58,414 bases of DNA from a virus (taxonomy: Duplodnaviria > Caudoviricetes). The position numbers were made by a program, and so were the translations under genes. The DNA lies in the IMG/VR virus record IMGVR_UViG_3300032304_001218, positions 1-58,414 of that record; one strand, written 5' to 3'. The notes beneath the pieces are model-generated. The model saw only the letters and a program-made list of their open reading frames with translations. It was not told where the DNA came from and ran no database searches. Positions within the stretch are counted from its first letter, which is position 1. The number at the start of each line of letters is the position of its first letter. Below, piece by piece: positions 58,067 through 58,414 of this stretch.

Positions 58067-58293
58067 GTTCAGACGCACACGATCGCATGATCCATGCCTT
58101 TCAAGAATATTTTAAATGGCAGGATCGATTTCATCACAAAAAATCCAACGAAGCAGGCATCAAGGCTAGATCATGGCTATCAGAAATACGCACACAGGCA
58201 TCAATATTAAGAGTAGAAATACAAGACAAACGCAAGGCACAGCGAGAATCCAGAAAAGGCATGAGAGGCAAGAAGCTTTCACTAACTAAGTGA
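58063..58293 (+). CDS. Small basic helical protein, possibly Hc1 (histone H1-like) family
   Basis: F..KKSNEAGIKARSWLSEIR...RVEIQDKRK resembles the KGNKAAxxRARKxL..RxE pattern; K/R-rich tail. Confidence 0.4.
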   Translation: MSSDAHDRMIHAFQEYFKWQDRFHHKKSNEAGIKARSWLSEIRTQASILRVEIQDKRKAQRESRKGMRGKKLSLTK

Positions 58294-58414
58294 GTGCAAT
58301 GGACGTTTCAAAATCAAATAATAGACGAAATACCAGAAGGCTATATTGGCTTTGTTTATATAATCACGAATAAAATCACCGGACAGAAGTACATAGGCAA
58401 GAAATTAGCACAAT
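58294..58414 (+). CDS. GIY-YIG family endonuclease, 3'-truncated by window edge
   Basis: Read by hand from GTG 58294: VQWTFQNQIIDEIPEGYIGFVYIITNKITGQKYIGKKLAQ, giving the GFVY...KYIG motif. Confidence 0.7.
   Translation, partial: MQWTFQNQIIDEIPEGYIGFVYIITNKITGQKYIGKKLAQ

Noticed and set aside
1-58414. tRNA genes, CRISPR arrays, or a cellular or eukaryotic-virus origin
   Set aside because: Intergenic gaps are almost all too short, and no cloverleaf or repeat-spacer pattern was seen. The gp55/gp47/gp46, RNase H and contractile baseplate genes indicate a tailed bacteriophage.

Overview
This window is a gene-dense fragment of a large T4-superfamily-related myovirus (contractile-tailed dsDNA phage) genome, read in the standard genetic code. 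I found no rRNA, tRNA, CRISPR array or integrase. It has three blocks. (1) 1-8503 (+): small early/middle-type genes, including an MBD4-like HhH-GPD DNA glycosylase, a cupin, a type I phosphoribosyltransferase, a HIT hydrolase, a QueE-like radical SAM enzyme, a T4 RNase H-type 5'-3' exonuclease and many hypothetical proteins. (2) 8498-54319 (-): one ~46 kb co-oriented block. It runs from baseplate genes (gp48/54-, gp53-, hub-, gp5-, gp25- and gp6-like, plus a 4655-aa multidomain protein) through four fibre-like paralogues sharing an N-terminal domain and two paralogous Thr/Ser-rich structural proteins. It then continues directly into a translationally coupled cluster of four GT-A-like glycosyltransferases and four radical SAM genes (five rSAM domains, four with an N-terminal twitch-like module). 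(3) 54401-end (+): gp55-like late sigma factor, gp47/gp46 (Mre11/Rad50-like) nuclease, a small basic protein and a truncated GIY-YIG ORF. A T4-like late promoter core (TAAATA) precedes eight genes. Two of these sites lie in hairpins that cover or abut the translation start signals, and several promoters sit so close to the ATG that leaderless mRNAs are likely. The best candidate for an undescribed system is the glycosyltransferase + twitch-radical-SAM cluster attached to the tail-fibre genes, possibly a virion glycosylation/tailoring pathway. All assignments come from motif recognition by eye; no searches were run.
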